Shown here in pieces: positions 49,308 to 58,288 of a stretch of 64,000 nt of DNA. Origin of the DNA: Deltaproteobacteria bacterium CG11_big_fil_rev_8_21_14_0_20_45_16 (lineage in GTDB: Bacteria > Bdellovibrionota > UBA2394). The DNA lies in assembly GCA_002787535.1 (NCBI GenBank), contig PCXB01000050.1:77836-141835 (forward strand), given 5' to 3'. Position numbers and translations under genes: made by a program. The first letter of the stretch is position 1. Each line of letters opens with the position of its first letter. The notes beneath the pieces were generated by a model. That model searched no databases. It was not told the origin of the DNA and saw only the letters and a list, made by a program, of their open reading frames with translations.

Positions 49308-50819
49308 TTACTCAAAAATTCTTCCGACTGATTTAAGCTCCACGAGCGTCTCAAAAGCCGAAAGAGAATCATGTCGCTCTGTTATTAAGATTCTCAATAG
49401 ACGTGCCTTTGAAAATTCTCCAACTAAAAAGGCTTCAAACACTAAATCGGCGAGAGCACGACCCAGACATTGAGCCGCTCGATCATGATAAGGAGAAATG
49501 CTGCGAAGCATGGACTTTCGATGCGTCCAATCTCGGCTGAAATTGGAGCTTTTCAAGATGGCGGTGATCTCAGGACTGCGATGAGCATGGGCCACCGATC
49601 GCCATTCTTTCCAGGTTTTTGATTTTCGACTATGATTGAGAATTTTTGATAACAAAAACGAAATCGATTCAAATAAAGCTCTTTGAAAAAATTCAGGCGT
49701 AACACCTGACATATTTGTCCATGTAGCATAGAGATAGGCCCCTGCGGCCTGTGCGCAGGAATTGACTGAGATTTCGCTTAAAAAAATTCGTCTCCTATGT
49801 GCGAGTATCGCAACTCGAGAGACTTCGAGCTGGGAGAGAACCCATTTCTTTTCCTTTTTGTTCAGAGCACTTAGCGATTCAAAGAAGTCTTCGTCGTGGG
49901 AGCTTAGGACGCTAAGATCGAGCACTTCCTCTCGTGGAACCGGTGTCGCATAGCGGCTATCTTCTAAAAAATCCAAAAGAGTTCTCAGACACCAAGAGAT
50001 TTGCTCCTGAGCATCAAGAGGTGAGGTGTCGTCACGTTGAATAATATGAGCATCTAAATAGCTCTGCCATTTAACCCATAGGGGCGTATGAAGAATGCAA
50101 AAGAGTGGAATTTGAGCTTTGCTGAGATCACAAAAAATCAGATCTTTACTTTGTATTCGTTTAGCTAAAAACTTTTTTTCTAGTGCATCGCTATTTTGCT
50201 GGACGATCATCAATTCGAGATTAGCATTCAGAGCAGCCACTTCGAAGGGCAAATGCTGTCGAGCACAATGAAACTCGCCGAAAAGTACCCAAGACTTTCC
50301 TTTGAGTTCGCTAAGTGTCTGCGCTGCGCTTCGATCTCTAATTTTTAATGTGGGACTAGAGGAATAGAGTCCGACTAATTTGATTCTGTTAGCTTTACAA
50401 AGTGAAAGAAGCTCCAAGTACGTCTCGCTTGAGGAGCCCCATTTTTTTTCGATTTCGAGCTCATTGAGTATTTTTCTAATTTGTTCGGTTGATCGAGCTT
50501 TACCAATTCGCTGAATTGAAGAATCTGAGAAAATTTCAAATCCGATACTCTTTGGGGGTCGCACTTTCTTATCTCTCAATAGCCTTAGAAGAATTCGTTG
50601 ACTTTGAGGAAGACTGTGGAAATCTCCAAAAAAACAAATATCTGAAGCATTCAGACTTTGGACGAATTCCTTTCGAGAGCTTAGCTTTAATCTTGAAAGA
50701 TCTTTTCTATACTCCGAGGCATATTTTTTTAGTGATACCGACTGAGAGTGCAGGAGTGGTCTGATTTCTTGCTGAACTTGACGAAAGAGTTTTTGTTGAA
50801 ATTTCACCCAATCTGACAC
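49308..50819 (-). CDS. ChaN/EreA-like fold protein with C-terminal extension
   Basis: ICFFGDFH, IGFEIF, IRDRSAA and VLFGEFH resemble ChaN-superfamily motifs; no signal peptide. Confidence 0.55.
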   Translation of the reverse strand: MSDWVKFQQKLFRQVQQEIRPLLHSQSVSLKKYASEYRKDLSRLKLSSRKEFVQSLNASDICFFGDFHSLPQSQRILLRLLRDKKVRPPKSIGFEIFSDSSIQRIGKARSTEQIRKILNELEIEKKWGSSSETYLELLSLCKANRIKLVGLYSSSPTLKIRDRSAAQTLSELKGKSWVLFGEFHCARQHLPFEVAALNANLELMIVQQNSDALEKKFLAKRIQSKDLIFCDLSKAQIPLFCILHTPLWVKWQSYLDAHIIQRDDTSPLDAQEQISWCLRTLLDFLEDSRYATPVPREEVLDLSVLSSHDEDFFESLSALNKKEKKWVLSQLEVSRVAILAHRRRIFLSEISVNSCAQAAGAYLYATWTNMSGVTPEFFQRALFESISFLLSKILNHSRKSKTWKEWRSVAHAHRSPEITAILKSSNFSRDWTHRKSMLRSISPYHDRAAQCLGRALADLVFEAFLVGEFSKARLLRILITERHDSLSAFETLVELKSVGRIFE

Positions 50820-50825
50820 AAATTT

Positions 50826-51353
50826 CTAGTCTTTCTTTTTGCCGAGCTCTTCCTCAAGGCGATTTCGGACCAAGGATCGTATGAGTTCCTCCTGAGCCGG
50901 TGTTAGGTCGATAAAGCGTACGCCCATTCCCGGGGGTAATTGATCCACCCCCTGAGGATTGAGCCAACTGACGCATCCTTGTACGTCAATGACTTTTTTC
51001 TGATCGGCGATATGGATGTTAAGGCTCACTAGGCTTCCAATTGGATGCAGACTTTTGGTCGCAACATAAACGCCTCCGCCAGAAATGTTTTTGATATAAA
51101 CTTTCTCAAAGTCTTTACCACTCTTTAGATTGACTTCAATATTTGTTGAGATGCGTAAATTCTTGCGGCGCTGAATGACCTTCTGACTCTTTGGATCAAT
51201 GAGCTTACCAAGTCGAGCAGACAAATCGGTATAGAGTTTTGACTCGTCAGCACTCAAACCCATCACCGCTTTAGCGTCAAGTTTTCGAAACTGCATCAAT
51301 AGACGCAAAGTCTCAACACTTGACTGTCCACCAAATTCATTGGGGTCATCCAT
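50826..51353 (-). CDS. PilZ-domain protein (TIGR02266-like) with N-terminal helical hairpin
   Basis: RKNLR (RxxxR), NISGGGVY, GCVSW and PGMGVRF. Confidence 0.88.
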   Translation of the reverse strand: MDDPNEFGGQSSVETLRLLMQFRKLDAKAVMGLSADESKLYTDLSARLGKLIDPKSQKVIQRRKNLRISTNIEVNLKSGKDFEKVYIKNISGGGVYVATKSLHPIGSLVSLNIHIADQKKVIDVQGCVSWLNPQGVDQLPPGMGVRFIDLTPAQEELIRSLVRNRLEEELGKKKD

Positions 51354-51454
51354 TAAAACAATCTTATCGTAAAGCTTACGAGATTAAGAGAATAAAAAAC
51401 TAGACAAGCTTAAGACGCCAATCAGACAATAGGACTTCAAGAAGGAGTTTAATC

Positions 51455-52303
51455 ATGCCGATAAAGAACATACTTTTGCTGATGGGAGTTTCCTTAGTTT
51501 TCATGGCGTGTGCTGGGCAAGACGCAGACTTTGAAGAGGCAGCCTATTTGAATGGAAGAGGAAGTGCGGCTGATGGCGCTAAGGCGGAGAGTCTTGTCAC
51601 GCCCTATCTAAATTCAACAGATATGAAGACAAGGATCGAAGCCAATCGACTTTTTATGGGAGCGAAGGTGGCGCGTGCAAGAATTTCAGCGCCTAAGATC
51701 ATCTCCAATCTTGTTCACAAGGATTCAGATGATACAGTGCAGGTCCTCAAGGGCGCCCTTGGTGCGAGCTTTGATGGGGCAGCGGCTAAGGTTCATTTGG
51801 CGGCTGGCTTTGCGCAGCTTGAGATCTTGTTGGAGGATGCAGACTTTCAGGCTATTGATGCGACGACGCCACATCTTTTGCGTGATCGATCGGGCCTTCA
51901 TTTTAGTTATGGGATTGGAAAGTTTTTATATTCTCTCGTAATAGCTGCATCGGATTCAGGTTTGTTGGCCATAGAAGATGCTGGCGGCGAATTTGCCGCC
52001 GCGGATTGCGACTTAGATACGACTGGAGCCAACGAGTTTGCGACTGTTCTGATTGAAGCTCGATCTCAATTTGCTCAAGCTGGGCTGGACGATAATGAGT
52101 TAAAGACCAAGATCGAAAACGATCCTTCCGCTTATGATGCTTTGGATTCAGGGGTTCCGATTCCGGATTTGGGTGCTCCTGATTCTAGCAATAATGCCTT
52201 CAATGATTTTGTTCAGAATATTCAGTCTGATGTCGATTCTGGCTTGACGGGCCAGTCGGATATTAACGATCTATGCGACTATCTTGTGACTCAGACCAAC
52301 TAA
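51455..52303 (+). CDS. Hypothetical acidic lipoprotein
   Basis: Lipobox FMAC; strong SD AAGGAG; Asp-rich C-terminus; upstream TAGACA-N18-GACAAT. Confidence 0.78.
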   Translation: MPIKNILLLMGVSLVFMACAGQDADFEEAAYLNGRGSAADGAKAESLVTPYLNSTDMKTRIEANRLFMGAKVARARISAPKIISNLVHKDSDDTVQVLKGALGASFDGAAAKVHLAAGFAQLEILLEDADFQAIDATTPHLLRDRSGLHFSYGIGKFLYSLVIAASDSGLLAIEDAGGEFAAADCDLDTTGANEFATVLIEARSQFAQAGLDDNELKTKIENDPSAYDALDSGVPIPDLGAPDSSNNAFNDFVQNIQSDVDSGLTGQSDINDLCDYLVTQTN

Positions 52304-52313
52304 GGGGAAAGCG

Positions 52314-53471
52314 ATGAGAGTATTAATAATTATAGGAATTGTTTGTTTCAGTTTTTCAGCGCTTCAGGCGGACCCTATATCATCGAACGAAAGGCCGAGA
52401 GGTCAAATGATGGGTGGCGCGGGGCTTGCCCTGACGGGGGATAAGGATTCTGCCATGATGAACCCGGCCAGCTTGGCCGATGTAGAAGGGACCGACTGGC
52501 AACTCTTTCCAGTGCTTATTGAAGTGCCCTTTGCCGTGGACACGCTTCAAACAGGCCTTGACTATAATGACGCGCGAGACGGAAATGATACGGCTGCAAA
52601 GAAAGCGGCTCTAGAAAAATTTCTTCGGGAAGCTGGTTCTAGCTCTTACCGAACGCGGATGAATCTTTACCCTTCTTATACTCGTCGCTATATGCACTTT
52701 GGACTGCTCTTCGACACCTTAGCGGACGATAATTTTAGAATGGGTGGCCTTGGATCAAATCAGTTGATGGAAGCAGGGGACACGTCAATAACGGCTGGTG
52801 CTATTTTGTCGGGTGGTTACGGATTTGATAATAACAGCATTCAAGTTGGAGCGACGCTTCGCCCCATGTACCGAGTATCTCCATTCGAAAATTATGACCA
52901 ACGTGTCCTTGATGTGGCGGCAGGTAAGAACGCTGGATCCTCGGTCCAAAATCAGATTTTTGGAAACGACGCCGCGAAAAGAACTGCCATGGGTGTTGCG
53001 GTTGATGCGGGCGCAAAATATTGGCTTCAAACTTATGGTTCACCGGCGGATGGGTTTTACTCTCGCTTTGTTAAGCAATGGAAACCTAGTTTTGGTGTTA
53101 CCTATCAGGACATCGGAAACACTCGCGTCATGACGGACAAGAACCTTCCTGCCGATATTAAGCAAAGTGTTTCAGTCGGAATGGCTGTTCAACCTTCTTG
53201 GCGTTTTGTCGAGACGGCATGGGCTTTGGATTTTCGAAATGTAACTGACGAGAAGGCGATTTGGAATAAACTACATTTCGGAGCGGAAGCCTTACTTTGG
53301 AAGTTTTGGGCCATTCGTGCGGGCGTAAGCCAGGGGTATATTACTGGCGGGATGGGAATTAATATTCCCTTCTTCGAAATGGATGTGTATGTCGCAGCCA
53401 AAGAAGCTGGGAGTTATGCAAGCATCGACGAAGTTCGTACGATTGGACTTAGATTGTCACTCACGCTGTAA
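52314..53471 (+). CDS. Outer-membrane beta-barrel protein (TraF-like / FadL-PorV-like family)
   Basis: Signal peptide; PRGQMMGGAGLA..NPASLA plug motif; KLHFGAE, RAGVSQGY and C-terminal strand LRLSLTL. Confidence 0.72.
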   Translation: MRVLIIIGIVCFSFSALQADPISSNERPRGQMMGGAGLALTGDKDSAMMNPASLADVEGTDWQLFPVLIEVPFAVDTLQTGLDYNDARDGNDTAAKKAALEKFLREAGSSSYRTRMNLYPSYTRRYMHFGLLFDTLADDNFRMGGLGSNQLMEAGDTSITAGAILSGGYGFDNNSIQVGATLRPMYRVSPFENYDQRVLDVAAGKNAGSSVQNQIFGNDAAKRTAMGVAVDAGAKYWLQTYGSPADGFYSRFVKQWKPSFGVTYQDIGNTRVMTDKNLPADIKQSVSVGMAVQPSWRFVETAWALDFRNVTDEKAIWNKLHFGAEALLWKFWAIRAGVSQGYITGGMGINIPFFEMDVYVAAKEAGSYASIDEVRTIGLRLSLTL

Positions 53472-53479
53472 CGAGGAAG

Positions 53480-54622
53480 TTAAAACACCCCGCCAAAGAA
53501 TCCGGACTTCTTCTTTGATTTATTCTTAGAAGAAGTCTTCTTTGAATTTTCATTTTTAGTTTTGTCTGAGGCTTCCGAGATGAGTTCTTGTTCAAGCTCT
53601 TTAAGAATTTCTTGGCCCCGTTCGCTTAGTTCCTCAGGTGTATGTATTTGCAGCTCAACATACAAATTTCCGCGGCGATCACTTCGCAAGTCCTGAACAC
53701 CTTCGTTTTTTAGAATTTCAACATGTGGAGTTTTAAGATGTTTGGAGATCTTAATCGATTTGTTTCCTTGAAGACTCGGAACGTCAATCGTGCCTCCCAT
53801 TACAGCCGTAGAGAAAGGAATATAGACTCTCGTATAGAGGTCGGCACCATCGCGCTCAAAATTTGGATCGCTTTCCACTTCAATCTCAACATAAAGATCT
53901 CCCAGGCCACCACTTCGAGGAGCCGCCTCGCCTTCATTTTGAAGCCGAAGTCGGATTCCAGTATCCACGCCGGCAGGTATATTGACTTCAAGCTCCGATG
54001 TTTTCTGCTCAAGTCCACGACCCTTGCAAGTCTTGCATGGCTTTTTGATAATCCTTCCCTCGCCCTCACAATGCGGACAGGTTTGCGCTATTGAAAAGAA
54101 GCCTTGCCGAACGGCTACTTGACCTCGACCATCGCAAGTTGGGCAGGTCTCTGCTTTGTAGCCTTTCTCACAACCTGAGCCCTCACATATCGAACATGAC
54201 TGAGCCCGTTCAATTTCAATTGTTTTTTTGACCCCCTGAACGGCCTCCCAGAAACCAATCTTCATTCGATAGCGAAGGTCACGCCCCCTTTGGGACTGTC
54301 GTTGTCGACGCCCACCGCCGAAAAAGTCTTCAAAGATAGTCTGGAATCCTTCAAAGATGTCCTCACCCTGGCCAAAGCCCGAAGTAGAAAAGCGACCTTT
54401 TAACCCGGCATGGCCAAACTGGTCATAAAGACTTCGCTTTTCGTTATCACTTAGGATGTCATAGGCTTCTTGGGCTTCTCTAAATTTTTCAGCTGCTTCT
54501 TCGCCTTGATTTCGGTCGGGATGGTACTCAAGTGCTAGCTTTCGATAGGCTTTCTTAATCACAACTTCATCGGCCGTGCGCTCGAGCCCCAGCACCTCGT
54601 AATAGTCCCTTTTTGTGGCCAT
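53480..54622 (-). CDS. dnaJ: Chaperone DnaJ
   Basis: KRDYYEVLG; HPD; G/F-rich linker; four CxxCxGxG zinc-finger repeats. Confidence 0.97.
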   Translation of the reverse strand: MATKRDYYEVLGLERTADEVVIKKAYRKLALEYHPDRNQGEEAAEKFREAQEAYDILSDNEKRSLYDQFGHAGLKGRFSTSGFGQGEDIFEGFQTIFEDFFGGGRRQRQSQRGRDLRYRMKIGFWEAVQGVKKTIEIERAQSCSICEGSGCEKGYKAETCPTCDGRGQVAVRQGFFSIAQTCPHCEGEGRIIKKPCKTCKGRGLEQKTSELEVNIPAGVDTGIRLRLQNEGEAAPRSGGLGDLYVEIEVESDPNFERDGADLYTRVYIPFSTAVMGGTIDVPSLQGNKSIKISKHLKTPHVEILKNEGVQDLRSDRRGNLYVELQIHTPEELSERGQEILKELEQELISEASDKTKNENSKKTSSKNKSKKKSGFFGGVF

Positions 54623-54628
54623 TTGTAA

Positions 54629-54657
54629 AAGTTAGGAATCAAAACCTGGTCTGTCAA
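54629..54657 (-). promoter_or_regulatory. Sigma70 promoter of dnaJ (predicts a leaderless mRNA)
   Basis: Minus strand TTGACA-N17-TAACTT-N6-ATG; no SD sequence. Confidence 0.7.
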
Positions 54658-54681
54658 ACACTTGGGCTATAAACTCAGTAC

Positions 54682-55245
54682 ATGAGGTTAAAACCTGAAG
54701 AAATCAAGCTTTTGGCGACCAACTGCGGGAACAAAGTACTTGAGGATTCAAAAAACACATTCAAGGTTCCTCGGGCTAAAATCTTTGAGGCGATCGAAAC
54801 CGTCTTACGTGAACACTTCGAAGAGGAGCGTCGCATCGAAGATCAGGCCCAGAAACTTTTATCTGATCGGGCTCATGAATACGAAGGTATCCAGAAGTCC
54901 AAGGCGATATACATGATCAAGAACCAGATCGCTAAAGAAAAGGATTTCATTCTTTCGGGTTCGTCGCAGGGCAGAATGAGTGCCGATAAGATTTCTCATA
55001 TGGGGCATTTGATTGCAGATAAACTCTATGACGATGATTTAATGGATTTTCCCGATGAGGATGATGGTCCAAAGTTTTTTAAACAAGTTTTAAAGGCCTT
55101 CTTCGAACAAGAAGATGCTATAGACGAAAAAGTAAGAAAAAAGATTTCGACACTATCCTCCCCACCCTTGGAACAGTCCAGAGACTGGGAGATTTTGTAC
55201 AAAAAATATTCGGAAGAAGAAAAGAAGAGAATGGGTCACGAATAG
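54682..55245 (+). CDS. DUF507-family protein (internally duplicated)
   Basis: Two similar halves (MRLKPEEIKLLA / RMSADKISHMGHLI); C-terminal SRDWEILYKKYSEEE. Confidence 0.75.
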   Translation: MRLKPEEIKLLATNCGNKVLEDSKNTFKVPRAKIFEAIETVLREHFEEERRIEDQAQKLLSDRAHEYEGIQKSKAIYMIKNQIAKEKDFILSGSSQGRMSADKISHMGHLIADKLYDDDLMDFPDEDDGPKFFKQVLKAFFEQEDAIDEKVRKKISTLSSPPLEQSRDWEILYKKYSEEEKKRMGHE

Positions 55246-55314
55246 GCGATTGATGCACCGCCATCTTGAAACTTCGAGATGGTTTTGAAGCTCAAGGCCG
55301 TCTATTATTTTTAT

Positions 55315-56205
55315 ATGGTAACTCTTTCCACGGAAACCCTTCCCACTTTAGATGAGCTGATTAAGAAGGCCGGTGATCTCCAAATGATGCCGCAGACCGC
55401 GCGAAAGGTCATGGAGCTAGTCTCCAAAGAGAGCACGACAGCTATTGATTTGGCTTCCGTTATCGAAAAGGACGCTAATATAACGACCCGCATTTTGAAA
55501 ATTTCCAATTCGGCCTTTTATGGTCTTCGCCAAGAAATTAAAACCGTTCAGCATGCAATTGTCATTTTGGGTTATAAAAGCGTTCGATCCTTAGTTGTTG
55601 CTTCCTCAAGTAAAGCCGTGCATAAGCGCTTTGGAATTACTGAACAGCTGATGTGGGATGGTAGCGTCGGAACGGCGATTTTTGCTCGGCTCTTAGCCAA
55701 AGGAAAGCGACCAGCCGTGGGAGAGTTAGCCTTTGTAGGAGGGCTTCTTCATAATGTCGGCAAGGCGATTATGAATAATGAATGTCCCAAGGCTTATACC
55801 GAGGTGATGAAGAATGTTTACAATACCGGTACAACTTTTGCCGAAGCTGAGAAAAAAGTTTTTAAGTATTCGCATCCTGAAGTCGGTTACGGCGTAATCA
55901 CTCGCTGGGGATTGCCCGAGAATATCTCGAAGATTATTCGCTTTCATCAATTGTCGAGACTGGATCCAAATGCAAAAGAAGAAGTCTTGAAGGCTGATGA
56001 GGATCTCCGAACGGCTCTGGCATGCGTCGAGGTTGCTGTCGAATTGTGTCGACTCTTGGGGGTTGGTTATAAGGACAGAGTTCCAGATGTTAAATTGGAT
56101 GCCTTAGAAGGTTCCAAAATCCTTGGTCTTGATTCGGCAAAATTGGATCAAATCGTTCCGATTTGCGAAAAAAGCTTCCTCGAAGAAAAAGCCATTTTTA
56201 ATTAG
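55315..56205 (+). CDS. HDOD-domain protein
   Basis: LQMMPQ, DANITTRILKISNSAFYG, HAIVILG, GGLLHNVGK, HPEVG and WGLPE; start moved to ATG 55315. Confidence 0.9.
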   Translation: MVTLSTETLPTLDELIKKAGDLQMMPQTARKVMELVSKESTTAIDLASVIEKDANITTRILKISNSAFYGLRQEIKTVQHAIVILGYKSVRSLVVASSSKAVHKRFGITEQLMWDGSVGTAIFARLLAKGKRPAVGELAFVGGLLHNVGKAIMNNECPKAYTEVMKNVYNTGTTFAEAEKKVFKYSHPEVGYGVITRWGLPENISKIIRFHQLSRLDPNAKEEVLKADEDLRTALACVEVAVELCRLLGVGYKDRVPDVKLDALEGSKILGLDSAKLDQIVPICEKSFLEEKAIFN

Positions 56206-56252
56206 TAACTGCATGAAACAATTGAATATTTTGGAGTGACAAAGATTGTTAC

Positions 56253-56279
56253 TCAAGTTTTGACGCGTAGCGTCGAAGT
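56253..56279 (+). promoter_or_regulatory. Sigma28 (FliA) promoter of the flagellin gene
   Basis: TCAAGTTT-N11-GTCGAAGT versus consensus TAAAGTTT-N11-GCCGATAA, 16 nt before the ATG. Confidence 0.65.
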
Positions 56280-56295
56280 AAAGCCTTGAGTAACT

Positions 56296-57795
56296 ATGTT
56301 TGGGGCTATCAACAATTCGTTGTTCATGTCGATCTCGCGCAGTTTAAATCGCGCCAGTCAAAGAGCGTCGGACTCCATTCAGCGCTTAGCTTCAGGTAGT
56401 CGTTTTGTATCTCCCACCGATGATCCTATTAATCAGCGTTTTGTAGAGCGACTCGACAGTCAACTCAGGGGAATGTATCAGGCCGGTTACAATATTGATA
56501 AAACTCTAGGTCTTGTGACGGAAGCCTCAAATGCTCTCCAAAATATGGAGGATATTGCGACTTCCCTTAAAGATCTGGCGACCCAAGCTGCGGACTCCAG
56601 TATTTCGTCGGAAGATCGCGCCTTGATCGAACAGGAAGCTGACATCCTGATGGAGCAGTTTCAAAGTTATGCTAGTAACACCAGTTATGATGGCTTCAAT
56701 CTATTGAATGGAAGCTTTGGTTCGAAAACCGTTCAGACTGGAGCTAACGCCGGACAGAATTTTAGCTTCAGCATCGGGGATGCTCGATCAACAGTTCTTG
56801 GTAAGCTTTCGATAATTTCCGGGGCCCAAGATTCTGGAGCCTATGCCATAGGCGATACCAACAGTCTGCAGATCAATAATGTTTATATAAATGCCAGTAC
56901 GGATGATGGTTATAGTACTGCGGGTATTGGAGTCTCAGCGCTATCGAAAGCCAATGCGATCAACGCAAAATCTAATGAAACAGGCGTAAAGGCCGAAGCA
57001 TTAGCAACTATACAAACTCTATATTCCGATTTTGTAGGGCCTGGAACCTATACGGGAAGCCTTACGGATGGCGACTTTCTAATCAATGGAGTCAGCATAA
57101 CGGGAACCATTGGAGACGCAAGCCAGCTCGCCGATGCCATCAATGATCATTCGAGCACGACCGGGGTTACGGCCAGTATTGATGGGAGTGGCGAGATTAT
57201 TCTCGAAGCTGAGGATGGCCGCAATATTCAGCTGCAGATTTCGAATGCTTCAACGAACAATATCTTTGACGTATTCGATATCAGCGCCAATGAGGGGGGC
57301 AGTCTGTTTGATGGTACAAGCATGGCCACACTTTCCTCTGGAAGTGATGGGTATGCGACGGGGGCGATCCAGCTCTATTCTTCGGACAGGATCGTAATCG
57401 GTGGAACGAGTCCAGAGGATGCCATTGACATTACTTCGGGCAGCTACAATCTAGATGCGGGCACATCATTTCAGCATATTGATCTCAGCACGGCTGATGA
57501 CGCGAGTTTGGCGGTCAAAATACTCGAGTCAACTGTCGCCGATATTTCGACACTTCGTGCGAATATTGACGCTGTCCATAGTCGCCTGAGCAGCACAGCA
57601 AATACTTTGGTGCAGAGCGAAACCAATCTCGAAACTACAAAAGAGGCTGTAGGCGGGACCGATTTCGCGTTAGAGATCGCCAACCTTGCCATGGCTCAGT
57701 TTTTGCAAGATGCTAGTGTAGCGTCTTTAGCGCAGGCCAATGTTACGCTCTCTAAGGTGCAAGATCTGTTAGAGCCCTTAAAGAATACGGATTAG
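56296..57795 (+). CDS. fliC: Divergent flagellin
   Basis: IQRLASGSR, LATQAA, DRALIEQE, NTSYDGFNLLNG, QTGANAGQ; two hook-IN-like repeats; C-terminal TDFALE and LAQAN..VQDLL. Confidence 0.85.
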   Translation: MFGAINNSLFMSISRSLNRASQRASDSIQRLASGSRFVSPTDDPINQRFVERLDSQLRGMYQAGYNIDKTLGLVTEASNALQNMEDIATSLKDLATQAADSSISSEDRALIEQEADILMEQFQSYASNTSYDGFNLLNGSFGSKTVQTGANAGQNFSFSIGDARSTVLGKLSIISGAQDSGAYAIGDTNSLQINNVYINASTDDGYSTAGIGVSALSKANAINAKSNETGVKAEALATIQTLYSDFVGPGTYTGSLTDGDFLINGVSITGTIGDASQLADAINDHSSTTGVTASIDGSGEIILEAEDGRNIQLQISNASTNNIFDVFDISANEGGSLFDGTSMATLSSGSDGYATGAIQLYSSDRIVIGGTSPEDAIDITSGSYNLDAGTSFQHIDLSTADDASLAVKILESTVADISTLRANIDAVHSRLSSTANTLVQSETNLETTKEAVGGTDFALEIANLAMAQFLQDASVASLAQANVTLSKVQDLLEPLKNTD

Positions 57796-57844
57796 AAAGT
57801 TTTAGGTATTTCGCAAATAGAAGTGGGTCATAAGGAGAACGATA

Positions 57845-58243
57845 ATGAAAATTCAAGGCGGTGGATCCGGAAATCCAGTTGATATCCAAAAAGTTCGTGC
57901 ACAAAAGGAAAATGCGGCGGAGCTAGAAAAAAATTCTAAGGCCGCATCGAGCGATTGGGTCGATGCCAAATTGTCCAAGACCTTAGCGTCGATAACCGAG
58001 GCCATCAAAGATTCAGGGCTTACAGCTGCGGAGCTACACTCCAATATCGACGAGGAGCGAGCTGGGGCCCTTTTGGACTCCTTCGAAAGGGTTGCTGAAG
58101 GTAGGCAGCCGCGGCTCGAGGATGATCAAATAATGGCCATGGCCGACCGCGTGGGGGAGTTCATGGATCTTAATCCTTCGGAGGCATCCTCCGCCTTTCG
58201 TCAGATTGACCGGAATCGGGTCGAAGATCTTCTTTCTTCGTGA
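57845..58243 (+). CDS. Hypothetical flagellin-associated small protein
   Basis: Strong SD AAGGAG; FlgM-like start (MKIQG..DWVDAKLS); two similar C-terminal helical repeats. Confidence 0.7.
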   Translation: MKIQGGGSGNPVDIQKVRAQKENAAELEKNSKAASSDWVDAKLSKTLASITEAIKDSGLTAAELHSNIDEERAGALLDSFERVAEGRQPRLEDDQIMAMADRVGEFMDLNPSEASSAFRQIDRNRVEDLLSS

Positions 58244-58288
58244 CCGACAGGGCTTGACCGGGTGTGAGACTGCTTACTAAAAAGTGGC

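Noticed and set aside
52314-53471. Conjugative element (TraF)
   Set aside because: No other conjugation genes; this barrel family occurs on chromosomes.
57795-57821. Second sigma28 promoter before the small flagellin-associated gene
   Set aside because: GAAAGTTT is present but there is no GCCGATAA-like box at the 11-nt spacing.
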